Source: a virus | Taxonomy: Duplodnaviria > Caudoviricetes | Reading direction: 5' to 3' (one strand) | DNA: 45,374 bases | Virus record (IMG/VR): IMGVR_UViG_3300025112_000030 | Location: 1-45,374 of that record | Part shown: in pieces, positions 16,865 through 26,600 of the stretch | How positions within the stretch are numbered: position 1 is the stretch's first letter | Layout of the letters: every line of letters begins with the position of its first letter | Notes under the pieces: model-generated | Told to the model about the DNA's origin: nothing | What the model saw: the letters and a program-made list of their open reading frames with translations, nothing else | The model's database searches: none | Translations under genes and position numbers: made by a program

Positions 16865-17485
16865 ATGAAAGAACTGAATGTATTTCAAAAACTGAATATT
16901 GTTCAGACATCTCTTAAAGTAGAGAAAGGTCACAGAAACAATTTCGGAAACTATAACTATCGCAATCTTGCAGATATCTTTGAAGGTGTGAAACCACTAC
17001 TCAATGAATTAGGTTGCTTTCTAACTGTAGACGATGAAATTGTATGTATCAATGGATTCAACTATATCAAGGCAACAGCAACATTTAGTGATGGCAATGA
17101 CTCTATATCTGTAAGGGGATGGGCTAGAGAGTCTGTAACTAAGAAAGGTATGGACGATAGCCAGATTACTGGAGCTACATCATCTTATGCACGTAAATAT
17201 GCCTGTAACGGTCTATTTGCAATTGACGATACTAAAGATGCAGACAGTATGGATAACCGTGAAGAAACACTGATCAATGGACAAAAACCTGTTAAAGGTC
17301 ATATTACAGTAGATCAGAATGTTAAACTGGAAAGACTAAGCAGAAATCCTGTATTTAACAAAACAGATAAAGATAAAGCTAAGAAAGTAAGATCCTTCAT
17401 AGATAAGAACCCTACTGAAGAACAAGCTGATGCTGCTATAGAGAAAATTCAAATACAAATAAAAGAACAAAAGGAGGCTGCATAA
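16865..17485 (+). CDS. erf: ERF-family single-strand annealing recombinase
   Basis: NFGNYNYR and KGMDDSQITGATSSYARKY...LFAIDD ERF signature. Confidence 0.9.
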   Translation: MKELNVFQKLNIVQTSLKVEKGHRNNFGNYNYRNLADIFEGVKPLLNELGCFLTVDDEIVCINGFNYIKATATFSDGNDSISVRGWARESVTKKGMDDSQITGATSSYARKYACNGLFAIDDTKDADSMDNREETLINGQKPVKGHITVDQNVKLERLSRNPVFNKTDKDKAKKVRSFIDKNPTEEQADAAIEKIQIQIKEQKEAA

Positions 17486-18066
17486 TGCCAGCAATTAGTG
17501 AATCAATAGGAACAGTTAAATCTGTATCTATAGAATATGATGCAGAGAGAGAATGGGGTAAATGGAACCCATGCTTTGACATGTTCTTAACTGTTACATA
17601 TAACGATGGACAGAGTTGGGATAAGAAACTAGAGATCTTTGGAATGCTAAAACGTGATCTGCCAATAACCGATCAGAAAGCGTGGGGATCTGCATTCAAA
17701 GTAAGAGCGTTCTTTGAGTCCTGTACAGGCAAAAAGAGCCTCATGATGCAAGATGACTATACGGTTCCAGAATCATGGTTTGATGAAGTTGTTGGTAAAC
17801 AATTTATGGTATGCTCTTACAAGACTACCAAGATTAGAAACAACGGTAAACCATTTTGGAACACATATTCTATTGTAGCACCACCCAGTGCACTACAAGG
17901 TACTTTAAAGAATAAAGTACTCAAAGAAGTCGAACAGGGATACATCAAGAATTATGATTCAGATGATGCATCAACCGATTTTGATTATGGGAATAATACT
18001 AATAATCAATCAACAAAGACTGCAGAACCTGAAAAGGAAACTGCTGATTTTGATGTAGATATTTAG
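17485..18066 (+). CDS. Putative single-stranded DNA-binding protein
   Basis: Between ERF and primase; aromatic beta-rich core; acidic tail ending ADFDVDI. Confidence 0.5.
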   Translation: MPAISESIGTVKSVSIEYDAEREWGKWNPCFDMFLTVTYNDGQSWDKKLEIFGMLKRDLPITDQKAWGSAFKVRAFFESCTGKKSLMMQDDYTVPESWFDEVVGKQFMVCSYKTTKIRNNGKPFWNTYSIVAPPSALQGTLKNKVLKEVEQGYIKNYDSDDASTDFDYGNNTNNQSTKTAEPEKETADFDVDI

Positions 18067-18088
18067 TATTTGGTTGAGTGGTGAGAAA

Positions 18089-18118
18089 AGTATCAGGGGC
18101 AGAGATGTCCCTGATACT
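18089..18118 (+). promoter_or_regulatory. 13-bp hairpin with a GAGA tetraloop just before the primase-helicase SD
   Basis: AGTATCAGGGGCA-GAGA-TGTCCCTGATACT; no U-tract on the + strand. Confidence 0.5.
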
Positions 18119-18135
18119 AAAACGTAGGAGTTACA

Positions 18136-19962
18136 ATGGAAAAGCAAGATTGGTATTTAGAATATGCAACAGGCAGTGTAAGTAATAGAAACCAGCTATG
18201 CAGATTAGAAGACTTTTCTGAAGTTGCAAAGCTGAATGCAGGTGGAGAAATCTACCGCAGTATGTTTCTATACTCACCTGATATTGTTGCATTCGTAGCA
18301 GAGAATAACACAGTAACTGGATTTAACGGTATACAGGCAGTAGATAAGATTGTAGTAGATATAGACTATGTGAAAGATAAAACCAATGGAGATGAATTAA
18401 CTGTTACGGCAGTATTCGACATATGCGATGCTATGCATAATAAGGGCATTGAATATGGACAGCATTATCAGATATGGTTCTCTGGAACTGGCTTTCACAT
18501 TCACTTAGGCAATGTTTACGGCTTTGAGCCATCAGCTAACATTGCCAAGCAGGTTCGTGCTACTATGCAGAGAGACTGGGGTGAATATATAGATCTGATC
18601 TATGACTCCAGACGCTTAATACGAGCTGGGTGGTCATACAATCAAAAATCAAAACTGTACAAGATACCTGTACCGATTCCAGATTTAGCTAACTTTTCTT
18701 ATCAGACAATAGCTGAAAGTGCTAAGAAAATGGGTGGTCATGAAACACCATCTAAGATCAAACACGAAAAGATCGAAGGCTTAGATCCTATAGATATGAG
18801 CCGCAAGAACACAGAAGAAGTACGTAAAGTGTTTGATAATGCTAAAGGACAGACCAGCAGATATATTACATGTGCACAACACATTTATAATGCAGGGTAT
18901 GTTCCTAAGCATAGACACAAACATCTTCTTGCATTAGCCAGTATATGGCGTAAGAAATGGGGTTTAGACAAACATGGATGCGATAACCTTGCAAGGTCAT
19001 ATATGGCTAAGGTAGAGAAACCTCTACCTGCTGAAGAGACAAGCAAAGTTGTATCAGATGTATTCAAGAGCGATTACAATTATGGATGCAATCATGAAAC
19101 ACTGCAGCCTTATTGTGATAGCAAATGTATACTATTTCGATATAAGAATCTGGATGAAACATCTGGAGTGATGAATGCAGAAGATATGATCAATAAACTT
19201 ATTGAAAATGTAAACTCTGATTTCACAGACAGATCGTTTAATCTACAGGAAGTATTCCCATTCTTACCAGTAAGTCATATGTTCAAAACAGGTCAGCTTA
19301 TAACTCTTATAGGTGATACTGGTTTGGGCAAGACAGCTTTTGTACAATACTTGGTTACAAAATTAAGAAAGATCAAAACATTGTTCCTTTCATTAGAAGT
19401 AGAAGAAGACACCATGATCAGAAGATTTCTTCAAGCATCGTTAAGAATGACAGAAAATCAAATTCTTAACGGTGCTAAAAATCTAGATCCTAGGATTGTA
19501 AAGGACGGGCTTGATTCTATATCACACATAAAACTAAAATGCTCTTGTCCAGACATACAAAATCTGGCAGGATTTATTTCAGACAATGAAGCTAAAATAG
19601 TTGTAGTTGATACTATAGATCGAGTACCAGCTAAGTATGCTGGTAAAGACGATTTCGCAAGACAGGAGATAATAGCTAATAGTCTAAAAGACATTGCAAT
19701 TAGTGAAGATGTAATGATCATAGCGGTACATCACATTTCTAAAAGTGCATCTTATAGAATCAGGGAAGGACAGCGTTTGGACGTTCATAGCGGTAAAGGA
19801 AATAGTGCTATTGAACAGAAGTCCGATCAGTACATAAGTTTTGAAGGTCTTGAAGGAAGTAAGATCAGAATTATAGAATCGTTGAAAGCAAGAGATGATT
19901 CTCATTTCAAGCTCACAGTTAATTATAACTGGGAAACATTCAGTTTTGATAAACGCAACTAA
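18136..19962 (+). CDS. AEP primase(-polymerase) fused to a Cys-rich PriL/PriCT-like domain and an SF4 (DnaB/RecA-like) helicase
   Basis: AEP motifs VVDID, FSGTGFHIH, IYDSRRLIR; Walker A GDTGLGKT, FLSLE, Walker B VVVDT. Confidence 0.85.
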   Translation: MEKQDWYLEYATGSVSNRNQLCRLEDFSEVAKLNAGGEIYRSMFLYSPDIVAFVAENNTVTGFNGIQAVDKIVVDIDYVKDKTNGDELTVTAVFDICDAMHNKGIEYGQHYQIWFSGTGFHIHLGNVYGFEPSANIAKQVRATMQRDWGEYIDLIYDSRRLIRAGWSYNQKSKLYKIPVPIPDLANFSYQTIAESAKKMGGHETPSKIKHEKIEGLDPIDMSRKNTEEVRKVFDNAKGQTSRYITCAQHIYNAGYVPKHRHKHLLALASIWRKKWGLDKHGCDNLARSYMAKVEKPLPAEETSKVVSDVFKSDYNYGCNHETLQPYCDSKCILFRYKNLDETSGVMNAEDMINKLIENVNSDFTDRSFNLQEVFPFLPVSHMFKTGQLITLIGDTGLGKTAFVQYLVTKLRKIKTLFLSLEVEEDTMIRRFLQASLRMTENQILNGAKNLDPRIVKDGLDSISHIKLKCSCPDIQNLAGFISDNEAKIVVVDTIDRVPAKYAGKDDFARQEIIANSLKDIAISEDVMIIAVHHISKSASYRIREGQRLDVHSGKGNSAIEQKSDQYISFEGLEGSKIRIIESLKARDDSHFKLTVNYNWETFSFDKRN

Positions 19963-20018
19963 GAGATGGGCACAGATTCCTTTATTTGTGCCCTCTCTCC
20001 ACATACTAGGAGCAAAAC

Positions 20019-20225
20019 ATGGGAAAGATAGTAGTTAAAGTAATAGATAACCAAATTCACAGCATAGAGGGGCATGATACTCAAGTAGAAGTACATGATG
20101 ACGGTAAAATAGTGCATATGAATTTTAAAAAACAGGAATATAACTATGAAGAAAGGAAGATCATGGACCCTTCTAGGTATCCCTTTGATCAGAACGACAA
20201 CAACGGAAAAGAACTACAAAAATAG
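20019..20225 (+). CDS. Hypothetical protein
   Basis: AGGAG SD. Confidence 0.6.
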   Translation: MGKIVVKVIDNQIHSIEGHDTQVEVHDDGKIVHMNFKKQEYNYEERKIMDPSRYPFDQNDNNGKELQK

Positions 20226-20379
20226 TATACTAAGACAATATAAGATCATACTGTTAAGAACATTCCTATTAAGTGTAGGATACTCTTCATTTGAAGGCGA
20301 TAGTATCATTATACAAATAGGAATAACCAAATTGGAGTTATTCACTTCATTCACAATAAAGAACAGGTGGTTCAGATGA
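20146..20379 (+). CDS. Hypothetical protein
   Basis: Track ORF; overlaps the previous ORF by 80 nt. Confidence 0.45.
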   Translation: MKKGRSWTLLGIPLIRTTTTEKNYKNSILRQYKIILLRTFLLSVGYSSFEGDSIIIQIGITKLELFTSFTIKNRWFR

Positions 20380-20585
20380 AAGAAGTGCCCGGAGTAAAGG
20401 TATATCCAATGCCAAAAAACAAAAGAATGAGAGAGTTAATAGAAAACTTAGCAAATCTTGAAAGCTCTGATTATGATCGTTTAAGCAGTTCTGGAAGGCA
20501 TTATATAGGTAAGATATGGAATCTTCTGGGAATGCAAAGTCAGGAACAAATATCAGGGAATAAAACAGATCGGAGCACAAAATGA
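20367..20585 (+). CDS. Hypothetical protein
   Basis: Coupled to the resolvase start; own start uncertain. Confidence 0.55.
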   Translation: MVQMKEVPGVKVYPMPKNKRMRELIENLANLESSDYDRLSSSGRHYIGKIWNLLGMQSQEQISGNKTDRSTK

Positions 20586-20914
20586 GTGGCAAAGCACCAA
20601 AACAAAAAGGTAATAGAATTGAAAGAGAGTGCGTTAATTTAGCACAAGGCTATGGATTCAAATCACGCAGAGCATGGGGATCTGACGGCAGATCACTGGG
20701 CTGGCATGAAGAAGTAGACATGGTAATAGAAACTAATGGTTTCTTTGAAGACAACTTGAAGTTCCAAGTCAAGGCTAGAAAAGCTATAGCTAACTACCTA
20801 AAGCCATGTGAACACGTAGATGGACAGATATTAAGAGAAGATGGCGATAAAGATGCTTATGTCGTTATCAGATACAAAGACTTGTTGAACATCTTAAAGA
20901 TGTTGACGGGGTAG
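20582..20914 (+). CDS. Holliday junction resolvase, archaeal Hjc-like PD-(D/E)xK
   Basis: KQKGNRIERE...VDMVI...FQVK. Confidence 0.75.
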   Translation: MSGKAPKQKGNRIERECVNLAQGYGFKSRRAWGSDGRSLGWHEEVDMVIETNGFFEDNLKFQVKARKAIANYLKPCEHVDGQILREDGDKDAYVVIRYKDLLNILKMLTG

Positions 20915-21022
20915 GCTTTTTAACACATAGTATGTGTGGAAGGCTGACAAATGATAAACAGGGGACGGTTGGCTAAAACTATCCCCTGTTTTAGTGCATA
21001 TCAAAGCAATGTAGGAGTCACT

Positions 21023-21199
21023 ATGAATGCAAAAGAAATTAAAGAACTTTTAGATATTATTAGCAAGCTTATAAAAATGGCTAAAAAGGGCTATAGAATT
21101 GAAACGTCTGATGTAGAAACAGTAGATATAATTATTAATCAAATTAAGGAGGTTATTGATGGGGTCGAGTATCAAAGACTTTATGGGAAGGATTATTAA
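21023..21199 (+). CDS. Hypothetical protein (58 aa)
   Basis: AGGAG SD before the ATG at 21023; the track extension from 20951 crosses a hairpin at 20956-20991. Confidence 0.55.
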   Translation: MNAKEIKELLDIISKLIKMAKKGYRIETSDVETVDIIINQIKEVIDGVEYQRLYGKDY

Positions 21200-21431
21200 T
21201 AAACATAACATCCGTCAATTACGATCAGATAGAAACTATTGGATACAAGACTGTCGTAAAGCAGATAAAAAAATAAAGCATTGTCCAAGATGCAATAAAT
21301 GCTGGGAAACGTATAAAGAGCAGCGTGGCATTAATAACAAATCACGTAAAAGAAAAGTGTACTTAAACATGTATAAGGATTTTCCTGCATACGGAAAGGA
21401 GAAAGCAATATGCCCGATGTGCCAGAATTAG
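21156..21431 (+). CDS. Basic Zn-ribbon-like protein
   Basis: CPRC...CPMC. Confidence 0.6.
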   Translation: MMGSSIKDFMGRIINKHNIRQLRSDRNYWIQDCRKADKKIKHCPRCNKCWETYKEQRGINNKSRKRKVYLNMYKDFPAYGKEKAICPMCQN

Positions 21432-21562
21432 AAGAAGTACTCTGGAAAAAGATCCAATTGCTTATAGACGCTTTGGATACAATAATAACAACACATGCTG
21501 ACAGCGGTACTCTTAAAGAGATCGCTCGTCAAGCATTGAATCATATATTGGAGGACGAGTAA
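21410..21562 (+). CDS. 50-aa hypothetical protein, not in the ORF track
   Basis: AAGGAG SD; MPDVPELEEVLWKKIQLL...; TAATG coupling to the next gene. Confidence 0.55.
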   Translation: MPDVPELEEVLWKKIQLLIDALDTIITTHADSGTLKEIARQALNHILEDE

Positions 21563-21834
21563 TGGAGTTTACCTGTATTAAATGTGAATTTAAATTTCAC
21601 GAAACAAAAATGGACACAGATGAGCGTATGTGTTACGACTGTCTCGAAGAAGATGACACAGAGCCTACAACGGCTGATGAGTATAATAAAGTACAGAACT
21701 ATGGACCTCCCTATTCAATGGCTAATCCAACTGGAGAACCTGTTGGTGCACAACCTTACCCAGAATGGGACTGTGAAAAAGGATGTTACATCCTTCCTAA
21801 AAAGAAAGGTATTCAACATGATCCTGAGTGTTAA
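21562..21834 (+). CDS. Zn-ribbon-like hypothetical protein
   Basis: GGAGG SD; CIKC...CYDC. Confidence 0.6.
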   Translation: MEFTCIKCEFKFHETKMDTDERMCYDCLEEDDTEPTTADEYNKVQNYGPPYSMANPTGEPVGAQPYPEWDCEKGCYILPKKKGIQHDPEC

Positions 21835-22157
21835 ATATGATCTATGATAAAGGAAATCCACTTACAGGAGACGAAATACTAAACAAGATACATAGTATTG
21901 GTAAATATTCATTTTGTTTTGGTTTACTGAATGAGACGGGAGAATTAATTCATGAAGAAGCAATAGCTATATATGAACCAGAATATAATGAAATTATAAA
22001 AGACTTAAGTAAGATATTAGTGGTATCTGGTTTATCAATAGGTGAATCAATATTTAGCGGGGATCATTTCCTTACTCTAAGAGAAAAGGAATGGTTTGTT
22101 GCTAATATTGAAAATTTTAGTCAACCATATACTAGACTTATTTTTGAATCAAGATAG
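21828..22157 (+). CDS. Hypothetical protein
   Basis: Track ORF in a packed operon. Confidence 0.55.
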   Translation: MLNMIYDKGNPLTGDEILNKIHSIGKYSFCFGLLNETGELIHEEAIAIYEPEYNEIIKDLSKILVVSGLSIGESIFSGDHFLTLREKEWFVANIENFSQPYTRLIFESR

Positions 22158-22169
22158 AAAGGAAACAAT

Positions 22170-22376
22170 ATGACTGAAACAGTAGAATGGTATGCATGGG
22201 AAATGTTTACTAACACCGAAGCTAATGCTTGGTGGCTGATGATGTGCGTATTTGCAATAACCTGCATCACATTTATCATAACAAACATTTCCATAAGAAA
22301 AGGAATAGATGATATCAAAGATCATCTTGGAATAAAAGAAGGGGATAAACATGACAAACAAACAGATCAGAGCTGA
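22170..22376 (+). CDS. Single-pass membrane protein
   Basis: AAGGA SD; hydrophobic WWLMMCVFAITCITFIIT. Confidence 0.65.
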   Translation: MTETVEWYAWEMFTNTEANAWWLMMCVFAITCITFIITNISIRKGIDDIKDHLGIKEGDKHDKQTDQS

Positions 22377-22539
22377 ATTTTCAAATGTAGGAGTTCAGTT
22401 AGGTAAAGGATCTTTAGAAAGTATAGAATACGAACTAAAGGCACTTGTTAGAAGAATGGCTAACAGATGCGAGTTGCATAACATAAAGAGACTTACACCA
22501 GAACTCATGTGGGCAGCTCTTGGAAGGAACGTGAAATAA
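22351..22539 (+). CDS. Putative histone-fold protein
   Basis: 62 aa; short helix-G-loop, long helix, IKRLT loop and short helix, as in prokaryotic singlet histones. Confidence 0.5.
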   Translation: MTNKQIRAEFSNVGVQLGKGSLESIEYELKALVRRMANRCELHNIKRLTPELMWAALGRNVK

Positions 22540-23033
22540 TGGGTTATCACACAGAGTTTCATGGACAATTCAATCTAAATAGACCGCTAGATAAAGAGAC
22601 TCATGAGTTTCTAACTAAACTAGCAAGTACTAGAAGAATGAAAAGGAGAATGGATCCTAAGTACGGAGTTCAAGGCGAGTTCTATGTAGACGCAGCAACT
22701 GAAGATGATCCATTCGGTCAAAACGAAGACGAAACAGTTACTGATGGTAACAGACCTCCCAGAACACAGCCAAGCCTATGGTGTCAATGGATACCAAACG
22801 AAGACGGTACAGCTATTGAATGGGATGGTGGAGAGAAGTTCTATGACTATATAGAATGGATAGAATATATACAGAAAGCTATACTAGACGATAAAGGCTA
22901 TCATCTCACTGGAACAGTTTACTGGGACGGAGAAGAAAGTGGAGACTTAGGGCAGATAGAAATGCGTGGCGGTAAAAGGATTGTGAGACACGCTCAAATA
23001 TCCTATCATGAGCAAGACTTTTACCGAGTATGA
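22539..23033 (+). CDS. Phage hypothetical protein (MGYHTEFHGQF...SLWCQW...IEWDGGEKFY)
   Basis: TAATG coupling supports a start at 22539. Confidence 0.7.
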   Translation: MGYHTEFHGQFNLNRPLDKETHEFLTKLASTRRMKRRMDPKYGVQGEFYVDAATEDDPFGQNEDETVTDGNRPPRTQPSLWCQWIPNEDGTAIEWDGGEKFYDYIEWIEYIQKAILDDKGYHLTGTVYWDGEESGDLGQIEMRGGKRIVRHAQISYHEQDFYRV

Positions 23034-23218
23034 TCTGTAAATCTGTTTATATTGTAAACACGGATGGTCAAACAGTAATAGCTACCTATGACCTGCAAAA
23101 AGGAATTTTCCAGTCTCATACTATAAATGGAGTAAAACACCTTAGAAAATGGGGCTGGAATATTCAAAAGAAAGATACAAAAAGAAAATGGCATCCAAAT
23201 ACTCCAGATGTCAAGTAA
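23030..23218 (+). CDS. Hypothetical protein
   Basis: ATGA coupling. Confidence 0.55.
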   Translation: MICKSVYIVNTDGQTVIATYDLQKGIFQSHTINGVKHLRKWGWNIQKKDTKRKWHPNTPDVK

Positions 23219-23277
23219 AAAGGGGATAAATCCCCAAAAAAAGGGGATAAAACTTGTTTTTTCCTGAAGGAGATAAG

Positions 23278-23568
23278 ATGGATAACGTAGAAACACCAGA
23301 GTTCACATACACCAAGCATGATATGACTACTACTGATAAGTTTGAAGATGTAGATGCAGGAACTTTAGAGTATAAGGAGACATTTGATAAACTGTTAGTA
23401 GAAGTAGTTCATAGTGTTTTAGAAAACAACAATACATTTGATGAGCTAAAATTCTATATGAAACAATACTACTGGTCCTATGAAAACAGAGAACAGGATA
23501 ATCTGCCTATTGATTTACTGTTAGAAGAATGGGACCCATATCGTGAGTGGTTGGAGCCGGGGGGATAA
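23278..23568 (+). CDS. Acidic hypothetical protein
   Basis: AAGGAG SD before the ATG at 23278. Confidence 0.65.
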   Translation: MDNVETPEFTYTKHDMTTTDKFEDVDAGTLEYKETFDKLLVEVVHSVLENNNTFDELKFYMKQYYWSYENREQDNLPIDLLLEEWDPYREWLEPGG

Positions 23569-23591
23569 AAGCGGTTTATATTATAAATAAT

Positions 23592-23622
23592 AAAAAGGGG
23601 GGCTAGTCCTCCCTTTTTTTTT
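23592..23622. terminator. Bidirectional terminator between the convergent blocks
   Basis: A5-GGGGGG-CTAGT-CCTCCC-T9. Confidence 0.75.
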
Positions 23623-26600
23623 AAGCCTCTCCAAGGATCTCTTCAATACCGGATATTTGTGTACGTCTTTTTTTAGCTTTATTTATTCTGCTGATCATTT
23701 GATGATACGGAAACCTGAATAAGATCTCAGGTGCTCTCTCTACACCGTGGAACGGTCTTGGATCAGCTAACTGCTTTAATTGCCTGACACCACGCCCAAA
23801 AGGGAACAAGGTATACATAGTATAGCCTGTAAAGTCCTTATACTGCCCAGTTAATAGCTCTCCAAACGCTTCAGGGATCCTAGCTATAGGCGGTTTCAAT
23901 ACATTAAGAGGACCAAGCTTAGATCCAAAGAATGCCATATCCTTTTCACGTTTATCTCCAAATGTCCAGTCTGCCATTGCCTGCACCCAGTCCCAAGGTG
24001 GTGGCAGCGTTGTATCAAATATGCTGAACATAAAGGCTGCACCTAGTGCATACATAAACATATCTATAGTAAAGGTGTCTTTAAACCTTTCATAGGACTC
24101 TGTTCCCGGTTTAAAGCCCTGTAGCTTGGCTTGCCTGTAGAACTCCTTACGGATTCTAACACTATTGAAAGCAAACAGCTTGAATCTGCCCATTACTTTA
24201 CCCATAGCTGTACGCATGAAAGGAGGTCTGAAAGCATTCTGATACAAGAATTGTGTCATCTCAATGCCTTTTTCTGCTTGTTGAAATACATAAGGATCAG
24301 CAAGCGACATGTTTCTGCCTGCAGCTCCAAAGCCTTCAACTGCCTGCATAGCATGTGCGGTAAAAGCATTTAAGCGGTTGACTCGTTCAGATTGTTTCAT
24401 AAGAAAACCACCATATTTTAGCATAAGATCTTTAACGCCATATCTTTTAGCAACATCTCTTACGCTTTCATCCCTGTTGCCTTTCTTAGACTTCATAGCT
24501 TTCAAAAGATCCCGCTGGAAATCTTTGATGTTTACACCAGCATTCTTTAGTCTGCTGGTCATAGCACTATTATATTCAAACTCGTTTTGTATAAAGTTAT
24601 CTATTACACCACGCTCTTCTAAGTATGTCATAAGATCTTTACGATTCCTTACTTCCTTACCACTTAAAAGTTTAAGTACAGAATTGCCATCCTTATCACT
24701 AAGCAATGTTCTATAGACACGATCATTGCTAAAACTATTCATATAGTTACGTACACCAGCACTCCCTATAGCCATAGTAGCACCACCAAATATATTAGTA
24801 GTCCATGTGCCAGTATTGGCAAGAAGTGTTAGTAGCTCATATTGAGCTTCACCCCTGCCCAGATCATGCAGTACCCTTGTAAAGTACTCCTTTCTGGCTT
24901 GCGGATCTTTAGGTATGGCTTTGTTATTAAAAAAAGGTATAGCTTCTTTTTTACCAAGCTTACTCTGATATAGTTTCTCCATCCCTTTAACCATTACATC
25001 ATCAGACAGGTTGTAATACATATTCTTCTTGTTAAGGTGGAGCAACTCTCTGCCTTGTTCGGTCATCATCTTCTCAGAGAAATGAGACTGATAGCCTAAA
25101 GAATCTTCTGCATATAGCCGAACATAGTCAGCCCATACATCTACATAATTTTTATATCTTAGTTTATCTGAGATTTCTATATCAGATACACCTTTATATA
25201 GATCTTTAAATCTTTTTTCTTCAGACTTACTTGGTTGGTAATCCCTCATGTTCTTAAGCATTATATCTATTTCATTTTGTGCCTTAAACTTCATCAGGTT
25301 TCTAAAATAACCTGATATAAGAGCATTCTGATAATCATTGATCAGATCATAACTTCGTTTAAATGGTATTGGATCTTTACCACGTGGCTGTAGCGGTGCT
25401 GGTCTTACCCCAGTTCCTGCTACATCACCTTCCATGCCAGTAGAATCTATATTGATTCTATCTGCAGGATCTACAAAAGGATTCTCCTGCTGAATCTGTC
25501 TAGCTATTTCTGTTTGTAGAGATGGATCCTTACGGGCTATCCATTCAGCCTGTTGAAGTTTTATACCTTCTGGTACATTCCTAAGACTATGGTGAACATA
25601 CTCATCAAATTTTCTTTTGAATGTTGCCTTAAAAGGTTTTTCCTTTCTCTGGAGTTCACGAAACTCTTTTCTGTTCTTAGGATTACTATCATAGAGTCTT
25701 TTCTCAAGCAAGTATTCATATCTATATCTGCGTACACCATCTATACCTACCATACCAATGATCTTATCAGATTGCTCGACAGCATCAATAACTTTCTTCT
25801 GGAATAACTCAAAGTCAAATCTGCCATTCTTATCATAGCGTATATATTCGTTTACTCTACCATATGTATGCTCATTATCTATAGTATCCCAATCAAAATC
25901 CTGCTTATTAATACCTTTAGTTGACACCCACTTGTTCCACATCTTCTCATTGAAGTTAGTCAATTCGCTATTTAACTTATCGAATGTTGCTCTATTGATC
26001 TCTTTAGGCAAATCGTCAATAGGCAGCCTCCCTTCACGTACTTCTATTAAGCTATCCATATATAGATCACGTTCATTAGGACTCTTAAGTGAACCAATGA
26101 TTTTATCAAGCTCTGCTCTTTCGTCTGGCTTAAAGTTGGTATACTTATCTAAACCAGCCTGACTCTTTTTAAAATAGTGCCCTATAATGCCTATAGGAGA
26201 CATGATCTGGCTTACTTCTCTAACAACTGGACCTTTACTGGTCATAACAGTCATCTTGATCTTATTACTGCTTCCTATGATATTTTTAGCTACCATCTTT
26301 TCATCGGTAGTCATAGGATGCTCATAGAATTGCATAAGTTTTAATTCCATATTGGAATTGTCTCTCATACTCTTCCAGTAATTGTTTACCATTCTGAAGT
26401 CACTCATATCCATTGTAGTAGCATCACGTGGTGATCCCATCCTTGATGTAAAATCCATGAACCAGTTATTAAAATCTTTACCAAGTATAGGATGGTCATC
26501 TATTAAAGATTGAAATTTCTCTATCTCTTTAACATCAACATCATAAATTGCCAAGCCCTTGATCTCTTTAGACTTGATTATTTCGTTCAGCTCATGATGA

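Noticed and set aside
11250-19990. (C/T)TCCTTTAT at about 11253, 12986, 16387 and 19977 as extra copies of the early motif
   Set aside because: They lie in the 3' arm or loop of larger hairpins and lack the downstream mini-hairpin, so they are not counted, though a relationship is not excluded.
9673-23568. Prophage or temperate lifestyle
   Set aside because: No integrase, repressor or host genes recognised; the ParB-like gene has no ParA partner.
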